IMG/VR virus record: IMGVR_UViG_3300001199_000001
Span: 214,860 to 278,859 of that record
Length of the DNA stretch: 64,000 nt
Direction: 5' to 3' (one strand)
From: a virus
Taxonomy: Duplodnaviria > Heunggongvirae > Uroviricota > Caudoviricetes
The position numbers were made by a program, and so were the translations under genes. Positions 17,040 through 26,161 of the stretch are shown here, one piece after another; the stretch's first letter is position 1, and every line of letters starts with the position of its first letter. The notes beneath the pieces were generated by a model. It ran no database searches and was not told where the DNA came from. It saw nothing but the letters and a program-made list of their open reading frames with translations.

Positions 17040-17127
17040 GAAAGTTTACGGAGCCAGACAAACCGGCTTCTGGTTCGTCGACATGATGTATATATGGAGG
17101 CGTTGATCTTATTGCAAGGAATGCGTT

Positions 17128-17313
17128 TTATTCATCCCAAGGATCAAACCCCTTATCCGCGAGGAACTTCTTGAGGTCATCGCGGACGGACTCGATGATC
17201 CCCTTCATGCCTGCGATGTGGATATCTGGCGGTAGAGGAAGCTGTGTCGCCGCGACGGCGTTATCCAGCCTGTCGACCATACGGCCAAGAGTCTCGAAGT
17301 CGTCGTCGTCCAT
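17128..17313 (-). CDS. hypothetical protein
   Basis: 61 aa ORF with AGGA RBS. Confidence 0.55.
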   Translation of the reverse strand: MDDDDFETLGRMVDRLDNAVAATQLPLPPDIHIAGMKGIIESVRDDLKKFLADKGFDPWDE

Positions 17314-17322
17314 GTCGTTGTC

Positions 17323-17805
17323 CTACAGATAGGGGTTGGTGCGTTTTAGAACCTTCGTCCCCCAGTAGACGCGCAGCTTGTTGACACTGCGTCGGAACTG
17401 ATCACCGAACCATGACGGGACTCGCCGCCAGCGGACACGGAAAGTGCGCTTCATGGTCTCAAGATCGAGCCGATAACCCCACGGCGGCCCGTCGATGTTC
17501 GTAACCCGATAGCTGTAGTTGTCCGCCGCCCAGTTGAAGGCCATGGTCGCCTTGGCGCGTTCCTCATAGGTCAGGGTTTCGGTACCGGGAGCCCAGGTAC
17601 CGCCGCTGCCGCCGACCATGCCCTTTTCACACTGCTTGAGGATATAGGCCCGCAGCGCCGTGACGTAGGGTCCGGTCTCGTTGTCCGGATAACCCATCCG
17701 ACGAATGATCTTGGCGGCGGTTTCAGAAGGGGTAGACAAGGCCGGGACTCCTTTCGGCGATGAGGGCGCGGCAGACGGCGGCGATGATAGCGTGGGCGGC
17801 GACAA
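17323..17805 (-). CDS. hypothetical protein (start uncertain, possibly 17697)
   Basis: GC3-rich ORF. Confidence 0.55.
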   Translation of the reverse strand: MSPPTLSSPPSAAPSSPKGVPALSTPSETAAKIIRRMGYPDNETGPYVTALRAYILKQCEKGMVGGSGGTWAPGTETLTYEERAKATMAFNWAADNYSYRVTNIDGPPWGYRLDLETMKRTFRVRWRRVPSWFGDQFRRSVNKLRVYWGTKVLKRTNPYL

Positions 17806-18106
17806 CCGAAGTTGCGTTCTCCCAAATTCCCCGGCCCTTTATCGAAGCGCGAGAAATCTCATTTGGCGCGGCGTTGAAAATCAATTCCAGATGCGGCGTC
17901 GCCTTGAGATGAAGCGCGAAAGCCGTATTCATGTCGCCCTGTAGAGCCGCGAGCAGCATGGCGTTTTCAGGAGCCTCGTACGGCCAGGGAGATCGATCAA
18001 GCAGCGTACGCGCGTTGACGTAACCCATCGGGGCTCTAGAGCCCTGAGTAGCCATGACCAAAAGGTCCAGCTTGGAGAGATTAAGCTCGGATTTTGTGAC
18101 CACCAC
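17723..18106 (-). CDS. phage ABA-sandwich-like protein
   Basis: DMNTAFAL...IIAAVCRALI pattern; AGGAG RBS nearby. Confidence 0.45.
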   Translation of the reverse strand: MVVTKSELNLSKLDLLVMATQGSRAPMGYVNARTLLDRSPWPYEAPENAMLLAALQGDMNTAFALHLKATPHLELIFNAAPNEISRASIKGRGIWENATSVVAAHAIIAAVCRALIAERSPGLVYPF

Positions 18107-18117
18107 ATGACTCCTAC

Positions 18118-18159
18118 AAAAAGCAAATAGCCCGACGGGTTGCTTACCGCCGGGCTATC
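18118..18159 (-). terminator. intrinsic terminator
   Basis: TAGCCCGGCGG...CCGTCGGGCTA followed by TTTGCTTTT on the minus strand. Confidence 0.6.
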
Positions 18160-18459
18160 CGAGTTGCGCGCCGCAGCGCGCAACACCCAAAATGTCATTT
18201 TTCATCTGTGTGTTTCGTGAACCGTGATCATGCTGTCACATGGCCGTGATTCTCATCCTTCCGCTTTGGTTACAACCGCTATCGGTTTTCTTTGACGGTG
18301 TTCATACTAGCTCAGTCGAATTTCGCTGTCAACACTTTTTGCAACTACACGAAATCGGCATTTGACCCTGGTGAGAAGGGGCCATAGGACTATCGAGGTG
18401 ACCGGCGAGTCTTTGCCCTCCATCGCCCTGTCGGTCATGTATAGCTCCGAATGATGACG

Positions 18460-18488
18460 AACGCCCCGGCTTGCGACCGGGGCGTTTA
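18460..18488. terminator. hairpin terminator
   Basis: AACGCCCCGG-CTTGCGA-CCGGGGCGTT. Confidence 0.6.
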
Positions 18489-18619
18489 TCATGCGGCGTC
18501 GATGAGCCAGCCGAGTAGTAGCGTAAACAATGGGATACCGATAAACGGCAGTATTCCCATCCAGATGTCAACGTCGCGGTTTGAGGCCGGGGTGTCTCGC
18601 AGTCGTTTGAATAGGTTTT

Positions 18620-18973
18620 TCACGCAGCGTCCTGACGTTTACGCAGTGTGGCGACTGCCTTGTTGTAGGCATCCTGCGTAGTCTTGCGGTACTTGGCCGC
18701 CTCTCCCTTGAAATAGGCGTAAGGGGGTTCATATTCGTCCATACCGCGCATAAGGCGGCTCAAGCTGTTGTTGATCGCCAGCGTTTCGGTGAGCCCGGTA
18801 TTGCCATGCAGACGCTGCCGATAAACGCCCCACAAGCGGTCGATGCCGTGGATCGCATGATAGGCCTCAGTCCACGCTGCGGCGGTACCGGCGTGGGCAG
18901 CTTCCATCTCCAAGGAATAGACGGCCTCGGCGAGAACACCCTCGCCGAACAGGAAGTCGGAATGTGATTTCAT
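18620..18973 (-). CDS. hypothetical protein (leaderless)
   Basis: ATG 6 nt after TTGACA-17-TATGAT. Confidence 0.6.
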   Translation of the reverse strand: MKSHSDFLFGEGVLAEAVYSLEMEAAHAGTAAAWTEAYHAIHGIDRLWGVYRQRLHGNTGLTETLAINNSLSRLMRGMDEYEPPYAYFKGEAAKYRKTTQDAYNKAVATLRKRQDAA

Positions 18974-19019
18974 GGTGTGATCATAGGACAATGAAAACTA
19001 ATTGTCAACACCTAATAAC

Positions 19020-19373
19020 CTATGACAGGGTTTCGATAAACACGTCTAGCATGGCGACAACATCGCCTTGGGTCTTGTGATTGTTGTATGCCCAGTCGTT
19101 GGCGTTGTCGGTCGTCCAGCCGCCTTTGATCGGCCGTGGGAGGCCTAGATATTCCCGCAGCATATCATAGGCGTGGATATCGGAGCAGCCGTCACAAGCG
19201 ACATTAAACGCCCCCATGACAGACCATGAAACAGCGTCTGGATGCATGGCCCAGGTTAGCAGCTTACCGTCTTTGTCGGCGGCAGGCTCCCACCAACCCC
19301 GTGAGGGTTTGAAGGCTCCGGGCTGGCTGAGAATGTCACGCAGGCGCGTGAAGATTTGTTTCTTAGACACCAA
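19020..19373 (-). CDS. DUF6197-like phage protein
   Basis: SWSVMGAF...WAYNNHKTQGDVVAMLD pattern. Confidence 0.5.
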   Translation of the reverse strand: MVSKKQIFTRLRDILSQPGAFKPSRGWWEPAADKDGKLLTWAMHPDAVSWSVMGAFNVACDGCSDIHAYDMLREYLGLPRPIKGGWTTDNANDWAYNNHKTQGDVVAMLDVFIETLS

Positions 19374-19731
19374 ACACTAGCTGCTGGAGGCTGTCATCGC
19401 CTTTTGTGAAGTCGTGATCGTTCATTAGCTTGAGCTTAAGCGACTGAAGCTCCCGTACACGCTCCTGGCCATTGAGAATTCTCTGGAGCGCGTAATCAAG
19501 CTCCTTGAGATCATGGATAGCGGCTGGGAGGGGTTTGGCGCCGCGATTACGGTCTTCGGCGTGGATGCGGGTGTCTATCGACGGTGGATAGGCCGACTCC
19601 CCGCTAAACGCCCTGTCTACCCGCCCCTCTAGGTGGCGCATCCACATGATGACTTCCTCAACCTCGCGGTCGATTTGCAGGTTTAGAACCTTGAAGGCCT
19701 GCGAGTTAAGGATTTCTTCATCAGTAGGCAT
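19363..19731 (-). CDS. hypothetical protein (leaderless)
   Basis: ATG 6 nt after TTGACA-17-TAAATT. Confidence 0.6.
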   Translation of the reverse strand: MPTDEEILNSQAFKVLNLQIDREVEEVIMWMRHLEGRVDRAFSGESAYPPSIDTRIHAEDRNRGAKPLPAAIHDLKELDYALQRILNGQERVRELQSLKLKLMNDHDFTKGDDSLQQLVFGV

Positions 19732-19911
19732 GACGTTAATTTATCCGATTTCGGAAATTTTGTCAACAGAGATAAACTGAGCCACCGTCGCTCCTTCCGG
19801 GCAATAGGGCAGGAAGAGCGGTGCGAGCGGCGGGTCTGGCCACAGGGCGGATGCGACGAGAACCGTCGCCACGAAGGTCACAAGGCCGATGAGCGCCAGC
19901 TTCCCTAACAT

Positions 19912-20211
19912 CTATCGCGTCCTCAATCTCCAGCCTTCGTCAGCACCGTAGGCCGTCAGGCGTTTTATCGTCTCGTCGTGATTGCTCGTATAGATACGCA
20001 CTTCTTGAAACGACCGGTTGCGGGCGATGCCAAGACAAAGCACCCCGCCCGACGCCGTGATCTTGACGCTGATGATGCCGCTGGCGCCGCGCTTGCGGTG
20101 GCTGATGACGCCGGGGCTTATCCCCGTCACCTCGGGCAAGGTCGTCAAGAACTGCCGGACAAGTTCCGCCGCTTCGGTGAAAGAGGCGTGCCGCCCGGCG
20201 AGTTTGGACAT
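19912..20211 (-). CDS. DUF2103-like protein
   Basis: KLAGRHAS...ISPGVI...SFQEVRIYT pattern; start reassigned to MSKLAG. Confidence 0.5.
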   Translation of the reverse strand: MSKLAGRHASFTEAAELVRQFLTTLPEVTGISPGVISHRKRGASGIISVKITASGGVLCLGIARNRSFQEVRIYTSNHDETIKRLTAYGADEGWRLRTR

Positions 20212-20239
20212 CAGCCCACAATCCACGCCACCCCGTCCA

Positions 20240-20470
20240 CTAAAGCTCAAAGCTCCAGAGCTTGATCGCCGTACCGCGATCAGCGCGCTCGGGCTCAGCC
20301 TCGGACGGCGAGCATTGCCAGACCTCGGCGAGCTTGCAGCCGCTGTCGGCGACCGACGTGCGGAAGAAATCCACGGCCTTGGCGTAGTCCTTGGTCGTGA
20401 CATCCTCAAGCGGCTTGCCGCCGATCTTGGCGTACAGGCGGAAATAGTCGTTCTGGTCGATGAAACGCAT
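20240..20470 (-). CDS. hypothetical protein
   Basis: GAGG RBS; promoter at ~20521. Confidence 0.55.
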   Translation of the reverse strand: MRFIDQNDYFRLYAKIGGKPLEDVTTKDYAKAVDFFRTSVADSGCKLAEVWQCSPSEAEPERADRGTAIKLWSFEL

Positions 20471-20614
20471 CGGTTCCTCAAGGTTCGTCGCGGGTCAGCC
20501 TATCCGACGTTTGGTAGCGTTGTCAACACATTTGCACAGTCAAAAAATGTCTTGCTTCCTTCATTAAGGCAGCTATATAGCTATCCATCGTTAACTTCCT
20601 AAGGAGCTAGACAT

Positions 20615-20977
20615 ATGACTATCCCAGCAAACACAGCCATGGATTATGCCGACGCTAAGGCGGCCCTCAAAGCGATGGCGGCCGGAGTGACCAAACTCAT
20701 GGACGGTATCAACAAGCTCAACAGCCTCCTCGATCCCCCCACATCGAAGCTCCCCGTCGACCCTAAGGACCCCAGGAACTTTTACCCACTCGGGACCAAG
20801 TCGCACAAGCTGACCGAGCGCGGGGCAGAAGTTATCTATCGACTGTTCGACCTCGGTTTCACACCTCACGCCGCTGGGAAAGCGATGGGCATTAGTTTCA
20901 TCGCCGCCCAAGGCCGTCAGGCGAAGTGGACGGCGGCAGGTGGTTTTTCCCGCAAACCCGCAGTGCTGGAAGACTAG
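20615..20977 (+). CDS. HTH-containing protein on the opposite strand
   Basis: AAGGAG RBS; KLTERG...FTPHAAGKAMGIS; hairpin at 20985-21008 downstream. Confidence 0.65.
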   Translation: MTIPANTAMDYADAKAALKAMAAGVTKLMDGINKLNSLLDPPTSKLPVDPKDPRNFYPLGTKSHKLTERGAEVIYRLFDLGFTPHAAGKAMGISFIAAQGRQAKWTAAGGFSRKPAVLED

Positions 20978-21013
20978 GCGGCTAGGGCGCTGGTTAACCC
21001 CAGCGCCCATTTC

Positions 21014-21574
21014 CTAGAGGTAACAGTCGTCCGGCTCGCGCGTCAGGTAGCCTTCCTCATCGAAGGTATAGGTGTAGCCGTCATCGCCGCCGTATCCGGC
21101 AACATCGACGAACTGCGCAATCTCGTCGCGGTGCAGCGGCTTCAGATCGATGATCTTCTGATGAAACGCATTCCAAGCTTCGCCATCGGAGGGCGAAACT
21201 TCATCGCGGGGCTTTGCCGGAACTTCGTAATCGACGGCGTCGCTGTTATCAGCGTAGATCACTGATCCTCCGAAGATATCGACCAGCCGCGTCGCCAGGG
21301 CGCACCAGAAGGCCGTCGATTTGGGGTACAGCAGCCTGCCGCCGTACTCCGATTCGAAGAAGTACATGGCATGACGGTCACCGAACCGAATCATCACCAT
21401 ATCAGGTGAGGAATCAGCCGTGGCGGCGATCTTAACACCACGGACCCTGGACCACCACGCCTTGTGGTCATAGTTGTACTTTTCGACAGGCAGACCGGCA
21501 AGGCGGCCGACGACCTTGGCGACATTCTTGACCTGCACGTTGTCAGGCAGTTGGATAACGCAATCGACGCCCAT
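21014..21574 (-). CDS. hypothetical protein (MGVD- N-terminus)
   Basis: AGGAG RBS; promoter at ~21623. Confidence 0.7.
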   Translation of the reverse strand: MGVDCVIQLPDNVQVKNVAKVVGRLAGLPVEKYNYDHKAWWSRVRGVKIAATADSSPDMVMIRFGDRHAMYFFESEYGGRLLYPKSTAFWCALATRLVDIFGGSVIYADNSDAVDYEVPAKPRDEVSPSDGEAWNAFHQKIIDLKPLHRDEIAQFVDVAGYGGDDGYTYTFDEEGYLTREPDDCYL

Positions 21575-21638
21575 GTGGGTTCTCCTCTGAAGTTGTCTTA
21601 GATTAAGGTAACTTCAGAGGAATGTCAACACCTAATAT

Positions 21639-22292
21639 CTAGGCCTTGAGGGGATAAGGGATGCGGAAATCTTCCAGATCGATCAGCAGGATTTCACCCG
21701 ACGCTTTCTGGACCTTCACCTTACCCCACTTTGTGCGAGCGGCCTTGACCGTAGGCGGCTTCACCGTGTGGTAGGACGAGGAGTAGCTATACTTCTCGAC
21801 CACCGTCACAGGCTCGCCCTTATAGAAGCCTTGATCTGTCAGAAGCTGCTCTGCATAGGCCACCGAATAGCCCGTGCCGCCGTCGCCGTCATCGAACACG
21901 CTGTCGAGGTCGATGTACTCAACGAGGTCGATCTTCTGCACACGGGACGCGTAATCGAAGATGAAGGCGCGGAAACGGTCGACTGCCTCCTTAGAGACGA
22001 ACTTGTAGTTCACGCCGTTTTTACGCGCCGTCTGATGGCCAAGCGCGAGGGGCTGGCCATCAAGATAGACAGCCCATGCACCGACCCATGAGTCGGTGCA
22101 AATCCACTTGATGACGTAGTAGCCTTTTAGCCGCGCTTCGAATTCCGCGCGGTCAGCTTCTTCGAGGTCGTAGGACCCGAATGTCATGCTTAGACCGACC
22201 TGTTCAATCAGGTCGGACTCGGTGAGATAGACTTCGCCAGCGGCCTCAAAGTCGAGGCGGTCGAAGATGTCGCGCACAGTGAGTTTTGTCAT
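21639..22292 (-). CDS. hypothetical phage protein (leaderless)
   Basis: ATG 7 nt after TTGACA-17-TAATCT; WICTDSWVG motif. Confidence 0.7.
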   Translation of the reverse strand: MTKLTVRDIFDRLDFEAAGEVYLTESDLIEQVGLSMTFGSYDLEEADRAEFEARLKGYYVIKWICTDSWVGAWAVYLDGQPLALGHQTARKNGVNYKFVSKEAVDRFRAFIFDYASRVQKIDLVEYIDLDSVFDDGDGGTGYSVAYAEQLLTDQGFYKGEPVTVVEKYSYSSSYHTVKPPTVKAARTKWGKVKVQKASGEILLIDLEDFRIPYPLKA

Positions 22293-22331
22293 GAGACGTA
22301 GATTAGCCTACGCCATAGTTTATGTCAACAG

Positions 22332-22619
22332 CTATAAACTACTGATCCGGGTCGTGTCGTTAGGGGCGAATCGCTGGAGAAATTCATCCGCCAGTTCAGG
22401 CGAGGCGAATACAAACCCCGGAGGTCCCAGGCCGCCAACGTCGTAGAGGCCGCAATCCGGGTGATCCTTCAACCACTGCAACACGTCACGATGATAAACC
22501 GGCGGATCGACAGTCGACCAATGGTCGCTGCCTGTGTAGCCGTTCAATAAGGGGTTCTTGGCGATCTGGAGGAGGCCAAATTGAACATAACCCCTTCCCT
22601 CATGGACCCAGCGGATCAT
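22332..22619 (-). CDS. hypothetical protein
   Basis: ATGA-coupled ORF. Confidence 0.55.
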   Translation of the reverse strand: MIRWVHEGRGYVQFGLLQIAKNPLLNGYTGSDHWSTVDPPVYHRDVLQWLKDHPDCGLYDVGGLGPPGFVFASPELADEFLQRFAPNDTTRISSL

Positions 22620-22897
22620 TCGCTCGCGAATTCTTGCGCAACGTCAGGGCAGACCGTGATCAATTTCTTCTTATTAACAGAGAACCACTGCTTCGGGCGT
22701 TGATCGGTCGGTAGATTGAAGGCCTCGACCTCGCGCGCGCTGAAGCCGATGGCAGCCGCTGTGAAGGCTCCGTTATCGACTAGACAAACGAAAGCGTCGG
22801 ATGACGCGATATTGAAGTTCGGTCCGGGAATTGGGTAGCCATAACGCGCCAACCACGCTTCCTTAGTCTCGCCGCGCGGGTTGATGTAATAGCCCAT
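22616..22897 (-). CDS. hypothetical phage protein
   Basis: GGAGG RBS; VCLVDNGAFTAA motif. Confidence 0.6.
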   Translation of the reverse strand: MGYYINPRGETKEAWLARYGYPIPGPNFNIASSDAFVCLVDNGAFTAAAIGFSAREVEAFNLPTDQRPKQWFSVNKKKLITVCPDVAQEFASE

Positions 22898-23104
22898 CTA
22901 TTCCTCCTGATTATCGAAGTCGCCGCGATTGAGACGGATCGAATAGAGCACGATACCTAGGATAGCCAAAAGCCCTCCAAAAGGCGCGAATGGCTTTGTG
23001 AGATAGCTGTTGAACAGTTCGCATACGCAGATCAGGAAAAACCAGTAGACGAAGAAGTTAACCAGCCGGTGGGCCGTCATCCATCTGAGGATGTCGTTAA
23101 ACAT
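22898..23104 (-). CDS. small membrane protein
   Basis: Two hydrophobic helices; AGGAG RBS. Confidence 0.55.
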   Translation of the reverse strand: MFNDILRWMTAHRLVNFFVYWFFLICVCELFNSYLTKPFAPFGGLLAILGIVLYSIRLNRGDFDNQEE

Positions 23105-23113
23105 CGGCGCTCC

Positions 23114-23305
23114 TCATTGCCGGTCATATTGCATGATCTCGGCGACAATTTCATCGACGGATGCATTGGGGTCGCAGACAAGTTCTGGGGCGCTCAGCAA
23201 CAGAGCGCATCTCGCCCAGATACCGCGCCAGTCCATTTTCGGGTACCGTTCTTTCAGCGCCACAGTCAGGGCGCAGGAAATTTCACGGACTTGTAAACTA
23301 GCCAT
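23114..23305 (-). CDS. hypothetical protein (leaderless)
   Basis: ATG 6 nt after TTGACA-16-TAGGCT. Confidence 0.5.
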   Translation of the reverse strand: MASLQVREISCALTVALKERYPKMDWRGIWARCALLLSAPELVCDPNASVDEIVAEIMQYDRQ

Positions 23306-23351
23306 TTATGGAGCCTAGCAGGTCACAATGTGTTGTCAACGGGATTGATTG

Positions 23352-23663
23352 TCAGAAGCCGACCGGTCTTCCCCATTGCTGCGACCGCGCCGGACGCACC
23401 CCTGGTCCACCCGTAGCCGACCGAACCCCTGACCCACCCGTCGGCGGCTTCGCTCTCTCCGCTCTGATCCTCTCATCTAGGGCCTGCACGCCAGCATGCT
23501 TGCGACCGGTGGCGATCTCGGAGATGCGGCCTTGGTTGCAATCGTACAGCGCCGCTATGCGCTTGTGCTGGTGGCCTAGTTTCAGCAGCAGTTTGATCGT
23601 CGCGGCGTCGTCAGCGGTCAGGGTCTCTGAAGTCTGGCGGGGGTCAAAGGAGGGGCGAGACAA
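23352..23663 (-). CDS. HTH protein
   Basis: QHKRIAALYDCNQGRISEI. Confidence 0.55.
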   Translation of the reverse strand: MSRPSFDPRQTSETLTADDAATIKLLLKLGHQHKRIAALYDCNQGRISEIATGRKHAGVQALDERIRAERAKPPTGGSGVRSATGGPGVRPARSQQWGRPVGF

Positions 23664-23666
23664 GGG

Positions 23667-23984
23667 TTACTTCCTGCTGAATTTAAAATACGCGCTATAC
23701 GACTCATTATAGCCGGGCTTATCGTACTTAACGATCCAGCCTTTGGCTCGATAGACATCTTCGATGTTGAGATAACCTTTGGCGAAAATCGCATCTCTAG
23801 GATAGCCGATAGCCTCCAGCCTCGTGACGATATCGTCCTGCGGGACCTCCGCTGAAATGCCAGAGAATTTCTCAAAGATAAGTGTGTTGATCACCGCATA
23901 GACATCACCAGGGATGGAGATGTCCTTGATCTTCACCACGTCATTAGGGCTGATCGGTCCCGCCGTTATGTCGAATGTCGTCAT
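23667..23984 (-). CDS. hypothetical phage protein
   Basis: YRAKGWIVKYDKPGYNESY motif. Confidence 0.6.
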   Translation of the reverse strand: MTTFDITAGPISPNDVVKIKDISIPGDVYAVINTLIFEKFSGISAEVPQDDIVTRLEAIGYPRDAIFAKGYLNIEDVYRAKGWIVKYDKPGYNESYSAYFKFSRK

Positions 23985-24012
23985 TCGTCCGCCTTTAGTA
24001 AATCAGCCTTGC

Positions 24013-24504
24013 TCACGCGTCGATCCTTTCAATCTTGGCGACCTCAAAATCACCGTTCAGGACATCCAGATCGTACATGTCCGTCCGACCATCCGTGAAC
24101 ACGGATGGATAATCATTGCGGCGGCGCAGGTGTTTGGCGAAAAATTTGCGGGTGAACGGCACGCCGATGTAGTGCTCCGGCCCTCGGTCGTCGTTGATCG
24201 TCGGATCATGGATCGAGCCGTCCGGTAGCGTCACCCAGGCATGATGCACCGGGATGACCGACAGGAAGTAGCCCTCGGTATAAAATCCATCCTGAACGTA
24301 GGAAGAAGCGAGAATCGCTGAATTGTAAAAGCACTGCTTCGGCTCTCCGATCCACGGGCTCGGCAGCTTGGCGCGAGGGACGATGCCGTGCTGCAAGACG
24401 ACATCCTCCGGGCAGGCGTACTTCGGCGCATCAGCCGAGTTGCCGTACATCCGACGCCGCATCTCGATCATCGTCTTCAGAAACGAGCGAAGGCTATTAG
24501 ACAC
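24013..24504 (-). CDS. hypothetical protein, possible Cys-His-Asp (transglutaminase-like) triad
   Basis: KQCFYNS...EGY...HAW...DPT. Confidence 0.55.
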   Translation of the reverse strand: MSNSLRSFLKTMIEMRRRMYGNSADAPKYACPEDVVLQHGIVPRAKLPSPWIGEPKQCFYNSAILASSYVQDGFYTEGYFLSVIPVHHAWVTLPDGSIHDPTINDDRGPEHYIGVPFTRKFFAKHLRRRNDYPSVFTDGRTDMYDLDVLNGDFEVAKIERIDA

Positions 24505-24706
24505 GGGCGTAGAAATCCTCGACCAACTCCTCGGGAGAGGGTAGGCCGCCGACGCCCAGGCCGTCCAGACTGAATAACAGGGTCTCGGCTTCGGTGATCA
24601 TGGCCTCATGGTTATAGCCGACAAACTGACCACGGTCGTATTGCTTGCATTCTTCATCGAAAGCACGATTGAAGAAGATGTCAGATAGGTGAGCGTTGAT
24701 CAGCAT
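24497..24706 (-). CDS. hypothetical protein
   Basis: GAGG RBS; co-oriented. Confidence 0.5.
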   Translation of the reverse strand: MLINAHLSDIFFNRAFDEECKQYDRGQFVGYNHEAMITEAETLLFSLDGLGVGGLPSPEELVEDFYARV

Positions 24707-25414
24707 TCAGTCCTCTCTAGAATCATCTTGCCGGTCCCCTAGTTGCAGGAGAGGAGCGGCGTTCTGGTCGGCAATGTGTTGCAGGCCCGCCGACATCACG
24801 ACGCCGGTAACGTAGCCGTGGACCTCTGCCTTCGCCTTCTCGACCGTCGTCTCCATATGCTCTTCGAAGCACTCGGCGAGATACGGCATGTTGGAGCTTA
24901 ACTGCATCCGGGCGTTGCGGACACGCTCTTTCAACGCCTCAGCCTTGACCTTTGATAGACCGATAGCGTCAATCTCGGCAGAAAGTTGGTCCAGGCTGGC
25001 GAGGGTGTTCTTCAGCTTGGTCTTCATCTCGGCGCCGAATTGATCTGATTGCCTCTTCGGCTCAGGTAGACCGGGCACTGGCTGACGGCTCATGCTTTTA
25101 ATTGTACACGGCACCCCGTCGCCGACATTCGGACTAGAGACGAAGGTCGCCCACTGTGCCTCGGAGAGCGCCACTTCGATGATTTGCTCACGAGCGGAAT
25201 GACGGTCGTGATACAGTGAGCGGTGAATTTCGCTGTGATGAATTCGTATACGCATTGCCGCGCCGTGGACGAAATCACTACCATTCAGAACATCGCCACC
25301 AGATACGCGATTCACGCCGATCATCCCGAACGCCGGGTGCGTGGTGACAATCTCCTTATCGCCGCCGGGGTGCGGGCGTTCAGTCGAGACGGGTTCTTCA
25401 ACGGTGAAGGGCAT
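24707..25414 (-). CDS. hypothetical phage protein
   Basis: 235 aa; HPAFGMI...FVSSPNVGDGVPCTI. Confidence 0.7.
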   Translation of the reverse strand: MPFTVEEPVSTERPHPGGDKEIVTTHPAFGMIGVNRVSGGDVLNGSDFVHGAAMRIRIHHSEIHRSLYHDRHSAREQIIEVALSEAQWATFVSSPNVGDGVPCTIKSMSRQPVPGLPEPKRQSDQFGAEMKTKLKNTLASLDQLSAEIDAIGLSKVKAEALKERVRNARMQLSSNMPYLAECFEEHMETTVEKAKAEVHGYVTGVVMSAGLQHIADQNAAPLLQLGDRQDDSRED

Positions 25415-25818
25415 CAGGCGATCTCGTTTGCGGCGCGTACAGCGGCGTTGATGATGAGAGAGGGGAACTGCTCGAATTCGAGAGCAAAGCCTGTGCCCGC
25501 CGAAAGCTGATCGAAATCAATGAGGTGTTTATGCGGGTGGTCTAGTTCGGCCCAGCGTTCGTACAACTTCTTGCAGACATCATCGAACAGGCCATCGGAC
25601 AGTAGGCTAATGTCGCGATTATAGTACATGTAGCTGGTCATCAGGTACCACGGCACGAGCATGTTCTGATCGGCGATAGCGGTCAGACATTGGTCGGCGA
25701 TAGCGGTCAGACATTGGTCGGCGATAGCGGTCAGACATTGGTCGGCGATAGCGGTCAGACATTGGTCATCTAGCGTTAAGGGCTTCCTGACTTTTACCTT
25801 GCGGATCGCTGATGCCAT
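25414..25818 (-). CDS. stand-alone NAD+-ligase domain Ia-like protein with tandem repeat
   Basis: YMYYNRDISLLSDGLFD resembles the LigA Ia motif YYxxDxPxISDxEYD; leaderless. Confidence 0.55.
   Translation of the reverse strand: MASAIRKVKVRKPLTLDDQCLTAIADQCLTAIADQCLTAIADQCLTAIADQNMLVPWYLMTSYMYYNRDISLLSDGLFDDVCKKLYERWAELDHPHKHLIDFDQLSAGTGFALEFEQFPSLIINAAVRAANEIA
25670..25767. repeat. perfect 24-bp tandem repeat x4 (in frame, DQCLTAIA)
   Basis: TCGGCGATAGCGGTCAGACATTGG x4. Confidence 0.95.
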
Positions 25819-25858
25819 GGGTGGAAATTAGCAGACAGTTTGTTAGCTGTCAACACAT

Positions 25859-26161
25859 TTAGCCAACGACAACCTCCTCCTGATCAATATACGCCACGGT
25901 CCGTGTTGTTCGAGTCGTGCGTCGGACGATCTTGAGTGTTCCAGGCGTGACGAACGGCTGTCCCTTAAGACTTTTCGCCAGTTTTATAGCGCGGTCGCGG
26001 TCAAGAATCCACGGACCTATGTCTCCACCATTGATCGCCCGAAAATCAGATAAGGACAGCTTCGGATCAATTTCACTATTAACCCTTTCGAGCGACCACG
26101 ACGTGTCCAAGGAAATGTGGTAGGTGTGTTTTTCCGTTACTTCGATCATCGGATTGTTCAT
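25859..26161 (-). CDS. hypothetical protein
   Basis: ATGA-coupled ORF. Confidence 0.55.
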   Translation of the reverse strand: MNNPMIEVTEKHTYHISLDTSWSLERVNSEIDPKLSLSDFRAINGGDIGPWILDRDRAIKLAKSLKGQPFVTPGTLKIVRRTTRTTRTVAYIDQEEVVVG

